Counted from the stretch's first letter, positions 27,398 through 37,588 are shown. The stretch: DNA of 64,000 bases from Deltaproteobacteria bacterium (GCA_030272815.1 JAJSZT010000007.1:31319-95318), one strand, 5' to 3'. Made by a program: numbers and translations. Notes: generated by a model from the letters alone, not told the origin.

Positions 27398-28867
27398 TCA
27401 CAATTTTTCAAGCAGATCACAAAACAGCCGAACCCCAAAGCCGGTACCCCCAACCCCGCAGTATGCATTTCCCTTTTTCATATAAGAAGGGCCTGCTATA
27501 TCAATATGTGCCCATCTTGTATCTCCAACAAACTCCGACAGGAATAAAGCTGCTGTTATTGAACCGCCCCATCGTGAACCGGCAATGTTTTTAAGATCAG
27601 CAAAATCACTTTTAAGATCTTCTTTATAATCATCTGGCAAAGGCATATGCCAGCATCGCTCATAGGTCTTTTCACCTGAGCTAATAATAGATTGAGCTAA
27701 TTCATCGTCAGATGAAAATACTCCCGCTATCTTCTCTCCAAGTGCAACCACACATGCCCCTGTCAGCGTTGCAATATCTATGAGAGTCTCGGGTTTATAT
27801 TTCTTAACCACATAAGAAATAGCATCAATCAATATAAGTCTGCCTTCAGCGTCTGTATTTAATATCTCCACGGTTTTGCCTGAATAACTTTTTACTATGT
27901 CTCCCGGACGTGAAGCATTACCTGAAGGCATATTTTCAACAACAGGAATAATTCCAATTACTTTAGTTTTAGGCTTGAGTTTAGCCAAGGCAATAAGGGT
28001 TGCCGCAACCGCAGCAGCCCCTGACATATCGCTCTTCATTTCCTCAAGACTTCCTGTTGGTTTTAAATTTATACCCCCGGAATCAAACGTTACACCTTTA
28101 CCGACAAGAGCAACCGTCTTTTTTGCGTCCTTTGGATTATATTCAAGAACAATCATTCTCGGCTTGCTCTCACTGCCTGCAGCAACCGCCAGCATTGCTC
28201 CGAACTTCTTCCTTTTCAGTTCTTTTTCATCAAATATTTTTACTTTCAAATTTTCTTTTTTAGCGGTGTCAGCAATTATTTTTGTAAATTGTTCGGGTTT
28301 TTTATCGTTAGAAGGCGTATTAATCAGATCCCTGGCGAAGATAGTACCTTCGCAAATAGTGGTGATGCTCTTCAATAGTTTGCCGGAACTTTCAGCCACA
28401 TCACGTTTCACCAGAAAAGAAATCTTCTTAAGCGAACTATGTTTTTTCTCATCCTTATATTTATCAAAGAGATGATTCCCAAGGCAAGCTCCTTCAATTA
28501 TAGCCTCAAGAGGTAACGGCATCTCCATTTTGATCTTCTTTGCCGAAGGGGAAGCTATCAACACCTCCGGAAGGTCCATATTAATACATTTTTTTACTGC
28601 CTTGCCGGCAACAGTTCGTAAAGATTCTGCATTTAATTCTTTCAGCTTGCCAAGCCCCATAAAAATCACTCTGTCCGCTTTAACCTCTGGCGGAGTGTAA
28701 AAAATGACTTCCTCACCCTTATCCCCCTTGAACTCCTTGAGCTTTTTCGCTCTGGTTATCAGGGAGGATATCATCCTGTCATCATGTATATCTCTGTCCT
28801 CACAGACAGGTATAATTAGAGTTTCAGTTTTTACTTTTTTCAGGTCAATTGATTTTAATTCCAGCAC
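27398..28867 (-). CDS. pepA: Leucyl aminopeptidase (M17)
   Basis: NTDAEGRLILIDA signature, VGKGVTFDSGG, and full M17 length. Confidence 0.9.
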   Translation of the reverse strand: MLELKSIDLKKVKTETLIIPVCEDRDIHDDRMISSLITRAKKLKEFKGDKGEEVIFYTPPEVKADRVIFMGLGKLKELNAESLRTVAGKAVKKCINMDLPEVLIASPSAKKIKMEMPLPLEAIIEGACLGNHLFDKYKDEKKHSSLKKISFLVKRDVAESSGKLLKSITTICEGTIFARDLINTPSNDKKPEQFTKIIADTAKKENLKVKIFDEKELKRKKFGAMLAVAAGSESKPRMIVLEYNPKDAKKTVALVGKGVTFDSGGINLKPTGSLEEMKSDMSGAAAVAATLIALAKLKPKTKVIGIIPVVENMPSGNASRPGDIVKSYSGKTVEILNTDAEGRLILIDAISYVVKKYKPETLIDIATLTGACVVALGEKIAGVFSSDDELAQSIISSGEKTYERCWHMPLPDDYKEDLKSDFADLKNIAGSRWGGSITAALFLSEFVGDTRWAHIDIAGPSYMKKGNAYCGVGGTGFGVRLFCDLLEKL

Positions 28868-28895
28868 GTTTCACTTCTCCTTTTTTAAACTTATA

Positions 28896-30236
28896 CTAAT
28901 TTGATGCAAGGTTTTTCAGATACGATATTTTCTCCCACGAAAAGTCTTCAAACCAGCAGGGAAATATCGCATTATTCGTAAACACAGGGTCGGATTTAAG
29001 ATCATAACTGGAAGAAGCAACAGCCCTGTCCCATAAAGCAGTATGAGGTACCGGGGAATAATGTGCGAGCACAGGTGTTATACCATTTCTTTTTACCTTT
29101 CTTATAGACTCTTCTACCGAACTTATTGTCTGCCCCGGCAGACCTGTCAGCAGATACGCTCCCACCTGATTCTTTTGAAAACCAGCTTTATTCAGGCAGG
29201 CAACAGCTTGTTTAAATTCATTTGCAGTCACTTTGCTGTCAAGTTCTTTTCTATTTTCAAATGTGGCTGTTTCCAGACCAAGCCGAATGGTTTTGAAACC
29301 AGCCCTGAACATCAAGCCGGCTGTTTTCTCTGAAATCTCACGAATATGAACTGCATTCGGTGTATGAAAGCAGACATTAAGATTCTCTTTAATCAAACCT
29401 TCAAATAATACAACAGCATGCCTTTCCGCATCAACAAGAAGGGCATCATCATAGAATACAAAATCTTTTACACCATACTTAAAATGCCAGTACTTTATCT
29501 CCTCAATAAGAAAAAGCGGACTGCGCAGCATTCTTTTTGGATTTAAAAAATGCGAAGCGCAATACGAACAGGAAAACGGGCATCCCTTAGATGTAAGAAC
29601 AGGAATATACGAAATTTTTCTTTGCAGGTCAAATGCGGGATAAGGAAAGGTGTCAAGATCCTCCGGATCAAACTTTGGGCTCACAGAAAAACCTGTATAA
29701 TTCTCTGCAAGCTTTAAGATATATTTCTCGCCGGGACCAGTCAAAACGATGTCTGCGCCTGAATGCGATACAGCATGCTCATTGCAAAGGCCGGCATATA
29801 TACCGCCAAGAATAACGATAATATCTGAATAAGTTTCTTTTATAATTCTTATGGTTTCCTTTACGCCCGGATACCAGTAAGTCATAAAAGAAGTGACAAG
29901 AATAAGGTCTGGTTTTGGTATGCGCTCAAGTTCCTCCCTGAACCATTCCGGCTTAATGCCGTATCTGGAAAAGTTCCGGGGAACATGTTCAAGACCTTTG
30001 GGTTTTGGAATCGTTGTTTTTAAAAACGGGCCCCTTCCGTTTCTTGTATAGGGGTCGATGTGAGGCGCTTTTGGATGAAATCGATCAAGGCAGTCTATGT
30101 ATGTTATTGAAAATCCATGCTGCCTGAGTATTGATGCAAGGCTGAGAAGCCCAAGAGGTTTAGCCCAGAAATCGTATGCCGCAAAATCATGAATCCAGGG
30201 ATTTACCAAAAGAATATTTGGAGTATCGTATTTCAC
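28896..30236 (-). CDS. B12-binding-domain radical SAM protein
   Basis: CPFSCSYC CxxxCxxC cluster motif preceded by a Rossmann-like B12-binding N-terminus. Confidence 0.7.
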   Translation of the reverse strand: MKYDTPNILLVNPWIHDFAAYDFWAKPLGLLSLASILRQHGFSITYIDCLDRFHPKAPHIDPYTRNGRGPFLKTTIPKPKGLEHVPRNFSRYGIKPEWFREELERIPKPDLILVTSFMTYWYPGVKETIRIIKETYSDIIVILGGIYAGLCNEHAVSHSGADIVLTGPGEKYILKLAENYTGFSVSPKFDPEDLDTFPYPAFDLQRKISYIPVLTSKGCPFSCSYCASHFLNPKRMLRSPLFLIEEIKYWHFKYGVKDFVFYDDALLVDAERHAVVLFEGLIKENLNVCFHTPNAVHIREISEKTAGLMFRAGFKTIRLGLETATFENRKELDSKVTANEFKQAVACLNKAGFQKNQVGAYLLTGLPGQTISSVEESIRKVKRNGITPVLAHYSPVPHTALWDRAVASSSYDLKSDPVFTNNAIFPCWFEDFSWEKISYLKNLASN

Positions 30237-30262
30237 TTAGGTGAAAAATTAATCCTCAATCC

Positions 30263-30736
30263 TCAGGATGTTGGGAAGTATTTCATTGATGTTTTCTTCA
30301 ATTCCCTGCGGCTGAAAAGAAGCTTGTATGTATCCACGGAAGCTGCTTCAGACATTTTACGGGCTGTTTCACGACATGATTCTTCATCCCCGGCATGAAT
30401 CATTGTATATAAATTATAAGGCCATTCATCAGAGGAATTGCGTCTGTAACAATGTGAGACTTCTTTAAAGGAAGCCATCTTTTTGCCAACCTCATCAATG
30501 CGGTCTTCGTCAACCTTCCACGCAGTCATTGCGTTAGCTTTAAAGCCTGACTTCTGGTGCCGGATTGTTGCGCCAAAACGTCTTATTACGCCTCTTTTGC
30601 AAAGATCTTTTAAAGTATCCAGAAGGGCTTCTTCGGGAATCCCTATCTTCTCTGCGATTTCAAGATATGGGCGCTGCGTAATGGCGATATCTCCCTGTAT
30701 TAATGAAATTATCTTTTTTTCAAGTTCAGTAAGCAT
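30263..30736 (-). CDS. Lrp/AsnC-type siroheme decarboxylase subunit-like protein (AhbA/B, NirD/L family)
   Basis: LIQGDIAITQRPYLEIAEKIGIPEEALLDTLKDLCKRGVIRRFGATIRH is a typical AhbA/B N-terminal pattern. Confidence 0.6.
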   Translation of the reverse strand: MLTELEKKIISLIQGDIAITQRPYLEIAEKIGIPEEALLDTLKDLCKRGVIRRFGATIRHQKSGFKANAMTAWKVDEDRIDEVGKKMASFKEVSHCYRRNSSDEWPYNLYTMIHAGDEESCRETARKMSEAASVDTYKLLFSRRELKKTSMKYFPTS

Positions 30737-30806
30737 AAAGCGATATAAGAAATTATATAAAAAAAATCAAGGTTTTTTAGGATAAAACGTTTTGAAACGG
30801 ACTTAT

Positions 30807-31910
30807 TTATTGTATCATTTTTTCAGGGAACAACCTCTTTATATCCTGTCTTGTTGCCTTGCAAATACCTCTTTCCGTTATAAAACCGGTAACAAGTCTT
30901 GCGGGGGTTACGTCAAATGCAAAGTTAGCTGCCGGGCTGCTTGCCGGAGGAATCAGAACACGCTTCATTGAGCCATGATCTAAACCTTGCACATATCTAA
31001 CTTCATCAGGATCTCTCTCTTCAATGGGTATTCCCTTTACACCATCATCAAGTTCCCAGTCAAAAGTACTGGATGGAAGAGCGACATAAAAGGGTATGTT
31101 GTTATCTCTTGCCGCAAGTGCTTTAAGATAAGTCCCTATCTTGTTAGCGACATCGCCTGTACAGGTGGTTCTGTCTGTGCCAACAATAACCATATCCACC
31201 CTTCCATGCTGCATGAGGTGACCTCCGGCATTATCAGTTATGACAGTGTGCTTGACACCATGTTTACCCAACTCCCAGGCGGTTAGCCTGGCCCCCTGGT
31301 TGAGTGGCCTTGTTTCGTCCACCCAGACATGTATATCTATATCATTTTCATAGGCAGCATATATCGGGGCAGTTGCTGTTCCATATTCTACGCAGGCAAG
31401 CCACCCTGCATTGCAATGGGTAAGAATGTTAACTGTTTCGCCTCCTTTTTTCATCCGAATCTCGTCAATCAGCGGCAAACCGTTTTCACCAATCCTTCTG
31501 CAATTTTCTGCCTCCTCATCAGCGATATTTGCAGCTTCATCCCTTGCCCTGTCTATCCTTGCCGGTTGATTTGTCATTTTTAACAATTCATGCATAACCC
31601 TGTCCACACCCCAGGAAAGGTTAACTGCAGTTGGTCTTGCAGCTTTTAGTCTGTTGCATTCATTAATAAGAAAATCATCAAAACCTGTTTTTTCATCAAA
31701 ATTAATAACCGCAAGGTAAACACCATAAGCTCCGGCAACACCTACAAGAGGTGCGCCCCTGACAAACATTTCTTTTATGGCATTTATAACATCATCAACG
31801 CTTCTCAAATCGGAAATTACAAATTCATGGGGAAGAAGACGCTGATCGATTACCTTAACAATTCCCGTATCCTTATCCAGCCATATTGGCCTCATATTCT
31901 TGCCATCCAT
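30807..31910 (-). CDS. mtnA: S-methyl-5-thioribose-1-phosphate isomerase
   Basis: eIF-2B alpha/beta/delta family pattern (VIDQRLLPHE..., THCNAG, VGTDR...GDVANKIGTY). Confidence 0.9.
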   Translation of the reverse strand: MDGKNMRPIWLDKDTGIVKVIDQRLLPHEFVISDLRSVDDVINAIKEMFVRGAPLVGVAGAYGVYLAVINFDEKTGFDDFLINECNRLKAARPTAVNLSWGVDRVMHELLKMTNQPARIDRARDEAANIADEEAENCRRIGENGLPLIDEIRMKKGGETVNILTHCNAGWLACVEYGTATAPIYAAYENDIDIHVWVDETRPLNQGARLTAWELGKHGVKHTVITDNAGGHLMQHGRVDMVIVGTDRTTCTGDVANKIGTYLKALAARDNNIPFYVALPSSTFDWELDDGVKGIPIEERDPDEVRYVQGLDHGSMKRVLIPPASSPAANFAFDVTPARLVTGFITERGICKATRQDIKRLFPEKMIQ

Positions 31911-31920
31911 TTCCTACCAA

Positions 31921-32262
31921 TCAGCATGTTAAATGAAAACATGCTCCAACATTTTTTTTTGATGACAGGTCATTATAAATTTTCACCGCTTTTCTGCTTA
32001 GCACTGAAATAAACTCTATGCCCCTTTGCTGAAGTAATTTTTCAAGCTCTTTTTCAGGTTTCATGAGACCGCTTGAGCCTGTGCCGGCAATAATGACCTC
32101 CGGCTTTGAATTTATAAGTTTATGGATATCATCACTTGCAAGTCTATGGCCGGCCTTTCGCCACCAGAAAGCATCTATATGTCCATCGGGGTAGATAATT
32201 AAATCAGATGTGAACTTTCTTCCATCAACTACAATGGAACCAAATGAATAGGACTCAATCAT
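31921..32262 (-). CDS. Mth938-like domain protein
   Basis: FGSIVVDGRKFTSDLIIYPDG...PEVIIAGTGSSGLMKP pattern. The gene overlaps the stop of the upstream deaminase. Confidence 0.6.
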   Translation of the reverse strand: MIESYSFGSIVVDGRKFTSDLIIYPDGHIDAFWWRKAGHRLASDDIHKLINSKPEVIIAGTGSSGLMKPEKELEKLLQQRGIEFISVLSRKAVKIYNDLSSKKNVGACFHLTC

Positions 32263-33584
32263 GACACTATTTCCTCCTTAATTGTCTCACCTATTAGCGA
32301 GGCTCTTTCAAGCACATCTTCAAGATCAAAACTAAGGAGCTTCTGATCCCTGACTATGACCTTTCCGGCAATAATAACGTCCTGAACATCCGAACCACGT
32401 GCGGAATACACAATATGTGACACCGGGTTGTACATTGGGACAAGGTGAGGTTTGTTGACATTGATAATAATAATGTCTGCCTGTTTGCCGGTTTCCAGAG
32501 AGCCTGTTTCATTATCAAGACCAAGTGCCCCGGCCCCATCAATTGTCGCCAGTTTAAAGACTGTCTTTGCATCCATGACTGTCGGATCAAGGATATTAAC
32601 CTTGTGGAGTTTCGCAGTAGAGTCCATCTCCTGAAATAGATCAAGGTCGTTATTGCTCGCACTCCCGTCCGTACCAAGTCCGACTTTTATTCCTGCCTCT
32701 AAAAATTTAATAACCGGAGCAATGCCGGAAGCCAGCTTCATTTCACTTTCTGTGCAAACCGAAACTTTGGCACCGCTATTTGCAATTATATCAATATCAT
32801 CATCATCTACCCATATTGAATGAACAAGCAAAGTGTTATTATCCAGTATCCCAATACTATCGAGGTACTTGATTGGAGAAGAATTTTTCTCAGACAGAAT
32901 CCGATCTCTCTCGTCTTTTGTTTCTGCTACGTGAATCTGAAAGAGCAGATTTTTTGACAATGCAGCATGTTTTGCTTTTTTTAAAGTTTCTTCAGAACAG
33001 GTATATGGTGAATGGCAAAATATTGAGGGGGTTATCATCAATGATTTATTATACCATTTATCAGTAAATCTGACTGCTTTATTAACATTATCTGACGGTT
33101 CCGGCACTCCCGGGGCAGGAAAGTCTATAACACCCTGCCCGAGTATCGCTCTAATGCCGGAATCAAAAACCGCCTTTGCCACTTCATCTTCGAAAAAATA
33201 CCCGTCACAGCACGTGGTTGTGCCGGACAGTATCATCTCCGCACATGATAAAAAAGACCCGAGCCTGACAGTTTCGGCGTTAATATGCTTCGCCTCGGCA
33301 GGAAAAATATGTTCATTCAGCCAGGTCATTAAGGGCAGATCATCAGCAAGTCCCTTGAATATAGACATCGGAAGATGGGTATGTGTATTTACAAGGCCGG
33401 GCATTATAATTCCGCCTTTAGCATCTATTATCTCCACGGCCTCTGGAATCAGTAAGCCGGCGCTCCTGGGTTCAATCCGTTCCAGCCGCCCATTTTTTAT
33501 ACATACAATGCCATCTTCAATAATATCAAAATCAGGGTTTACTGTAAGTATTGTACCGTTGTGTATTATTATATCAAAACTCAT
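32259..33584 (-). CDS. mtaD: MTA/SAH (5'-deoxyadenosine) deaminase-type amidohydrolase, paralog 1
   Basis: PGLVNTHTHLPMSIFKGLADDLPLMTWLNEHIFPAE and downstream metal ligands (HVAE, GTDGSASNN). Confidence 0.8.
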   Translation of the reverse strand: MSFDIIIHNGTILTVNPDFDIIEDGIVCIKNGRLERIEPRSAGLLIPEAVEIIDAKGGIIMPGLVNTHTHLPMSIFKGLADDLPLMTWLNEHIFPAEAKHINAETVRLGSFLSCAEMILSGTTTCCDGYFFEDEVAKAVFDSGIRAILGQGVIDFPAPGVPEPSDNVNKAVRFTDKWYNKSLMITPSIFCHSPYTCSEETLKKAKHAALSKNLLFQIHVAETKDERDRILSEKNSSPIKYLDSIGILDNNTLLVHSIWVDDDDIDIIANSGAKVSVCTESEMKLASGIAPVIKFLEAGIKVGLGTDGSASNNDLDLFQEMDSTAKLHKVNILDPTVMDAKTVFKLATIDGAGALGLDNETGSLETGKQADIIIINVNKPHLVPMYNPVSHIVYSARGSDVQDVIIAGKVIVRDQKLLSFDLEDVLERASLIGETIKEEIVS

Positions 33585-34903
33585 AACTCAGGTTTCAGGC
33601 CTCTTATTTCATCTGCAATAATCTTAACATCCTCAATTATATCCTCAACATTCAATGTTAAAAGCCTGCCGTCTTCCATGACTATTTTCCCGTTTATAAT
33701 AGAGGTTGTAACATCGCTCCCTTTAACTGCATAGACAAGATGAGAAATCGGGTTATACATTGGCGTGAGATGGGGCTTATGTGTATCAATAATTATAATA
33801 TCCGCCCTTTTCCCGGGCTCAAGAGAGCCGATTATATCATCAAGCCCAAGTGCCCTTGCCCCTTCAATAGTGCACATTTTCAGCACAGTATTTGCATCCA
33901 TAACAGTCGGGTCAAAAGTATTTACCTTGTGCAGCTTGGCGGCAGTATCCATCTCCAGGAACATATCCAGATCATTATTGCTTGCGCACCCATCTGTTCC
34001 AAGCCCGACACAAACTCCCGCTTTTAAAAGCTCTGGTATCGGAGCAATACCTGATGTAAGTTTCATACTGCTTTCAGGATTATGGGAAACTTTAACATCA
34101 AAACGCTGTAAAAGAGAAATATCTTCATCTGTCAGCACAACACAATGACAGGCAAGAAGATTCCGCGACAACACATTAAGATCCGCAAGGAATCCAACGG
34201 GTGTAACGCCATGCTTTTCTTTGCTTTTTTGAACTTCGCTTTCGGTCTCCGAGACATGAATAACAAGTGGAATATTATTCTTTTCCGCAAGAAAAGAAGC
34301 TCTCTTAAGAAGATCCGGCGAACAAAGGTAAGGAGAGTGAGGTTCAACAGCAATAGTTATCAGAGAATCATTTTTCCACTTTTCAATAAGCATCTCCGTA
34401 TATGCAAAGCCATTCTCAATTGGGCCATAATTGGGTGAAGGGAAGTCGTATAGTACTTCGCCCACCACCGCCCGCATCCCGGCACGTTTTGCCGCACAGG
34501 CTACAGCATCTTCAAAAAGATACATATCACAAAAACAGGTTGTCCCGGAACTTATCATCTCAGCACAGGCAAGAAGAGTTCCACAATAAACTTTTTTATA
34601 ATCAAGCTTTGCCTCTGCAGGAAATATATAATCATTCAGCCAGGTCATCAATGGAAGATCATCTGCAAAGCCCCTGAAACACGTCATTGCCGCATGATTA
34701 TGAGCATTAACAAGCCCCGGCATAATTATACCTCCACGGGCATCTATAATACGTGATGCATTCCATGATGAAAAATCATCAGCAGGCCCTAAAGCAACAA
34801 TTTTTTCACCCTCTATGGCAACAGCACCTTTTTTGAACTGTGTGCCCCTTGAATCCATAGTCAGCAATGTTCCATTTGAAATCAGTATATCAGATGAATT
34901 CAT
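33581..34903 (-). CDS. mtaD: MTA/SAH (5'-deoxyadenosine) deaminase-type amidohydrolase, paralog 2
   Basis: PGLVNAHNHAAMTCFRGFADDLPLMTWLNDYIFPAE. This is a tandem paralog overlapping paralog 1 by 4 nt. Confidence 0.8.
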   Translation of the reverse strand: MNSSDILISNGTLLTMDSRGTQFKKGAVAIEGEKIVALGPADDFSSWNASRIIDARGGIIMPGLVNAHNHAAMTCFRGFADDLPLMTWLNDYIFPAEAKLDYKKVYCGTLLACAEMISSGTTCFCDMYLFEDAVACAAKRAGMRAVVGEVLYDFPSPNYGPIENGFAYTEMLIEKWKNDSLITIAVEPHSPYLCSPDLLKRASFLAEKNNIPLVIHVSETESEVQKSKEKHGVTPVGFLADLNVLSRNLLACHCVVLTDEDISLLQRFDVKVSHNPESSMKLTSGIAPIPELLKAGVCVGLGTDGCASNNDLDMFLEMDTAAKLHKVNTFDPTVMDANTVLKMCTIEGARALGLDDIIGSLEPGKRADIIIIDTHKPHLTPMYNPISHLVYAVKGSDVTTSIINGKIVMEDGRLLTLNVEDIIEDVKIIADEIRGLKPEL

Positions 34904-34937
34904 AGCAAATTAACGCCTTTCCAAAATTATATCCAGC

Positions 34938-35043
34938 TATAGACTTTCAGATAATTAATTTCACAAGGCCAGAAGGAGGAAGGCGTATTAGTTATACGTC
35001 GACGACTGATAACACAGTGAAATTATTTATCTGAAAGTCTATA
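34938..35043. repeat. ~107-bp MITE-like repeat, family A (copy 2, inverted)
   Basis: Reverse complement of 4615-4722. Its terminus contains the stop codon of the adjacent phosphorylase gene. Confidence 0.8.
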
Positions 35044-35851
35044 CAACATCATTAATTATCGTTTCAAGCCTGGGAGCAGCTTTCTCCGCCACACTGATAA
35101 TTTCTTCAATCGTTGCAGGAACAGGCTCGTCAGGATCATTAATGTTGGTAATCGTCGACAGGCATAGCACCCTTATTCCTCCATGCACAGCCGAAATGAC
35201 TTCTTGAACTGTTGAGAAACCAACAGCTTCCGCGCCTATGGTCTTTAAAAAACGCACTTCTGCCGGAGTTTCAAGAGACGGTCCCTTTAAGCCTGCATAT
35301 ACACCTTTCTGCATTCTTATACCTGCTTTGGCCCCGGCATCTTCCGCAAGCAAAGCAAGCTTTTCATCATATGCTCTGCTCATGTCGGGAAATCTAATAC
35401 CCCAACTGTCTTCATTGGGCCCAATAAGAGGATTTGAGCCAGTAAGATTAATATGATCTTTGATAATCATTATGTCCCCGACTTTAAAGTCAGGATTGAG
35501 TCCTCCGGCTGCATTGGAAAGAATTAAGATCTTAACACCAAGCTCCTGCATGACTCTTACTGGAAAAGTAACATCTGCCGGAGAGTAGCCCTCATAAAGA
35601 TGAAACCGGCCCTGCATGGCAATAACAGGTTTTCCATTCAAGCCGCCAAAAAGAAGCTTCCCTAAATGTGCCTGAACTGTCGAAACAGGAAAATTAGGGA
35701 TATCCTTGTAATTGAATGATACATCAACATCTATTGAGCCTGCACTATTGCCAAGGCCTGTCCCTGTGAGAATGCATATTTCAGGGGACTTGTCAATGTG
35801 AGCTTTTAAGTATTCTGCCGTCTCAACTGCCCTGAGCTTATAACTTTTCAT
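35039..35851 (-). CDS. Purine nucleoside phosphorylase family protein (possible methylthioinosine/MTA phosphorylase)
   Basis: Trimeric PNP motifs (GRFHLYEGY, SNAAGG). I chose the start at MKSYKL. The gene sits next to the deaminases and mtnA. Confidence 0.8.
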   Translation of the reverse strand: MKSYKLRAVETAEYLKAHIDKSPEICILTGTGLGNSAGSIDVDVSFNYKDIPNFPVSTVQAHLGKLLFGGLNGKPVIAMQGRFHLYEGYSPADVTFPVRVMQELGVKILILSNAAGGLNPDFKVGDIMIIKDHINLTGSNPLIGPNEDSWGIRFPDMSRAYDEKLALLAEDAGAKAGIRMQKGVYAGLKGPSLETPAEVRFLKTIGAEAVGFSTVQEVISAVHGGIRVLCLSTITNINDPDEPVPATIEEIISVAEKAAPRLETIINDVV

Positions 35852-35969
35852 GCCAATTCTCCCAACCCGAATCTCCATTTGTTTTGAACCGCAGAATTTC
35901 AAAGAATAATGTTCCCTGCCCTATATAATCCAACGTTGTTTTTCAGTCAAGCATCCAAAATCGTATAAC

Positions 35970-36126
35970 TAGTGCCTGAACAAAAACCCATAGTTACGAG
36001 CAGTCATTGCGAGGAGTGAGGAACGAACGACGAAGCAATCCCCTTATTCCCAAGAGATTGCTTCGTCGCTACGCTCCTCGCAATGACAGGAAGACAGTAA
36101 TTCAGGGGGTTTTCGTTCGAGCACTA
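35970..36126. repeat. ~157-bp nested palindromic element (CATTGCGAGGAG... arms)
   Basis: Outer arms are TAGTGCCTGAACAAAAACCC / GGGGGTTTTCGTTCGAGCACTA. Inner arms are CATTGCGAGGAGTGAGGAACGAACGACGAAGCAATC / GATTGCTTCGTCGCTACGCTCCTCGCAATG. Confidence 0.7.
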
Positions 36127-36287
36127 ACTAAGTTGCAACTACTCAGGTGGAAGGTTGGCAGGAAGCTTCGGACTTCAGCCTATCCACCTGAGTATATATC
36201 TGCCTGACATGTCGTTGACATTGTGCGACTATTATGAAATATAATTCATACACATTACTAATGGAATTTATTTAACTTTTTTTGGTT

Positions 36288-36469
36288 AGGGCTCGGTAAA
36301 AAATAACTTGGTAGAATTTGCGCCCAAATTTGCCGTAGATTTAATTGATCTGATTGAGCAAAACCGCAGGAATAGCGAGCTATTTCGAGGACTTTTGCGA
36401 ATGAAGATCAATTAAAGATATGGTTGAAGTTGGGATGCAAAAATGCCAAGTTATTTTTTACCGAGCCCT
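36288..36469. repeat. ~182-bp MITE-like element
   Basis: Perfect 24-bp termini AGGGCTCGGTAAAAAATAACTTGG ... CCAAGTTATTTTTTACCGAGCCCT. Confidence 0.75.
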
Positions 36470-36502
36470 TACTACAATAATTTAGAAGTTGGCAATATTT
36501 AT

Positions 36503-36856
36503 ATGAAAATATCTGAAATTAGAGATATATTAAAGGCGACTGTGCTTGTTGGAGATGATCAGCTCGATAAAACAATAGTAGCGGCCGGGGGATCGGATCT
36601 GATGGATGATATTTTGTCCTCACTGGCGGAAGGCTCGGTTTTGCTTACCGGCATAACCACAGAGCAGGTTATACAGACAGCTAAAGTTGCCGGAATTGTT
36701 GCAGTTGTTTTTGTAAGAGGAAAGAAACCAAATGAAAATATTATAGAGCTTGCAAGTTCCTATGACATGCCCATTTTACTCACAAGTTACTCTATGTTTG
36801 AAGCAAGCGGGCGTCTTTATATGAACGGATTAAGGGGCCTTGACGGATTCTGGTAA
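36503..36856 (+). CDS. DRTGG domain protein
   Basis: The pattern ...AAGGSDLMDDILS...LLTGITTEQVIQTAKVAGIVAVVFVRGKKP resembles a DRTGG domain. I chose the start at MKISEIRD, outside the repeat. Confidence 0.5.
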   Translation: MKISEIRDILKATVLVGDDQLDKTIVAAGGSDLMDDILSSLAEGSVLLTGITTEQVIQTAKVAGIVAVVFVRGKKPNENIIELASSYDMPILLTSYSMFEASGRLYMNGLRGLDGFW

Positions 36857-36858
36857 TT

Positions 36859-37419
36859 ATGAAGACAAGATGTGAGTAGGCAGGAAGTGATCCCCTTTAT
36901 ATAAAGTACCATGATAATGAATGGGGAATTCCTTTGCATGATGATAGAAAGTTGTTTGAGTTACTTATACTGGAAGGAGCGCAGGCAGGTTTAAGCTGGC
37001 TGACCATTTTAAAAAAACGCTACAACTACAGAAAAGCTTTTAATAATTTTGAGCCGGAAATTGTTGCAAAATTCGACTCAGCTATAATAGAAAAGCTTTT
37101 ATCCAACAAAGAAATTATCCGAAATAGACTTAAGATAGAAGCCACCATTCAAAACGCTGGAGCATTCCTTAACATTCAAAGGAAATTCGGAAGTTTTGAT
37201 GCATATATCTGGCAGTTCGCTGGAGGCAAACCAATAAAGAATGCATGGAAAAATCAAAACGAAATTCCTTCAAAAACAAAAGAATCAATAGCTATGAGCA
37301 TTGATTTAAAAAAAAGGGGATTTAAATTCGCAGGCCCGGTAATATGTTATGCTTTTATGCAGGCAACAGGAATGGTAAATGATCATACTGTAGATTGTTT
37401 TCGATATCAGGAGATATAA
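36859..37419 (+). pseudogene. tag: DNA-3-methyladenine glycosylase I with an in-frame amber codon at codon 7
   Basis: ATG at 36859 gives MKTRCE-TAG-AGSDPLYIKYHDNEWGIPLHDDRKLFE... The TAG (36877-36879) sits where Tag proteins have Trp (C-x-W). The rest of the gene is intact. Confidence 0.6.
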
Positions 37420-37422
37420 TTA

Positions 37423-37581
37423 CCTTAATTGAGCGATTTTTTACTCGACCTGCACCAATCTCTTGCGCATCAAGGACTTGCGAAAAGTCTTAACATATCC
37501 ATTGGTATGCCTACGCTTTTCGCAAACCTTGCTGCATCAAGATATCAGCACATTTCTTCGCAAAAAATCGCTCAACTTAGG
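37423..37581. repeat. 159-bp MITE-like repeat, family D (inverted copy)
   Basis: Reverse complement of the 26187/61733 copies. It creates a spurious N-terminal extension on ORF 37463. Confidence 0.85.
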
Positions 37582-37588
37582 AGTTGAC

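Noticed and set aside
36877-36879. Reading the in-frame TAG in tag as pyrrolysine
   Set aside because: The aligned position in Tag proteins is Trp, no pyl genes or PYLIS-like context are visible in the window, and a TGG-to-TAG point change is the simpler explanation.
37463-37588. 42-aa N-terminal extension of the glycosyltransferase ORF, and the similar 69-aa ORF at 61642-61851(-)
   Set aside because: Both translate the family D repeat (MRIKDLRKV.TYPLVCLRFSQ...). The similarity is due to the repeated DNA, not to a protein family.
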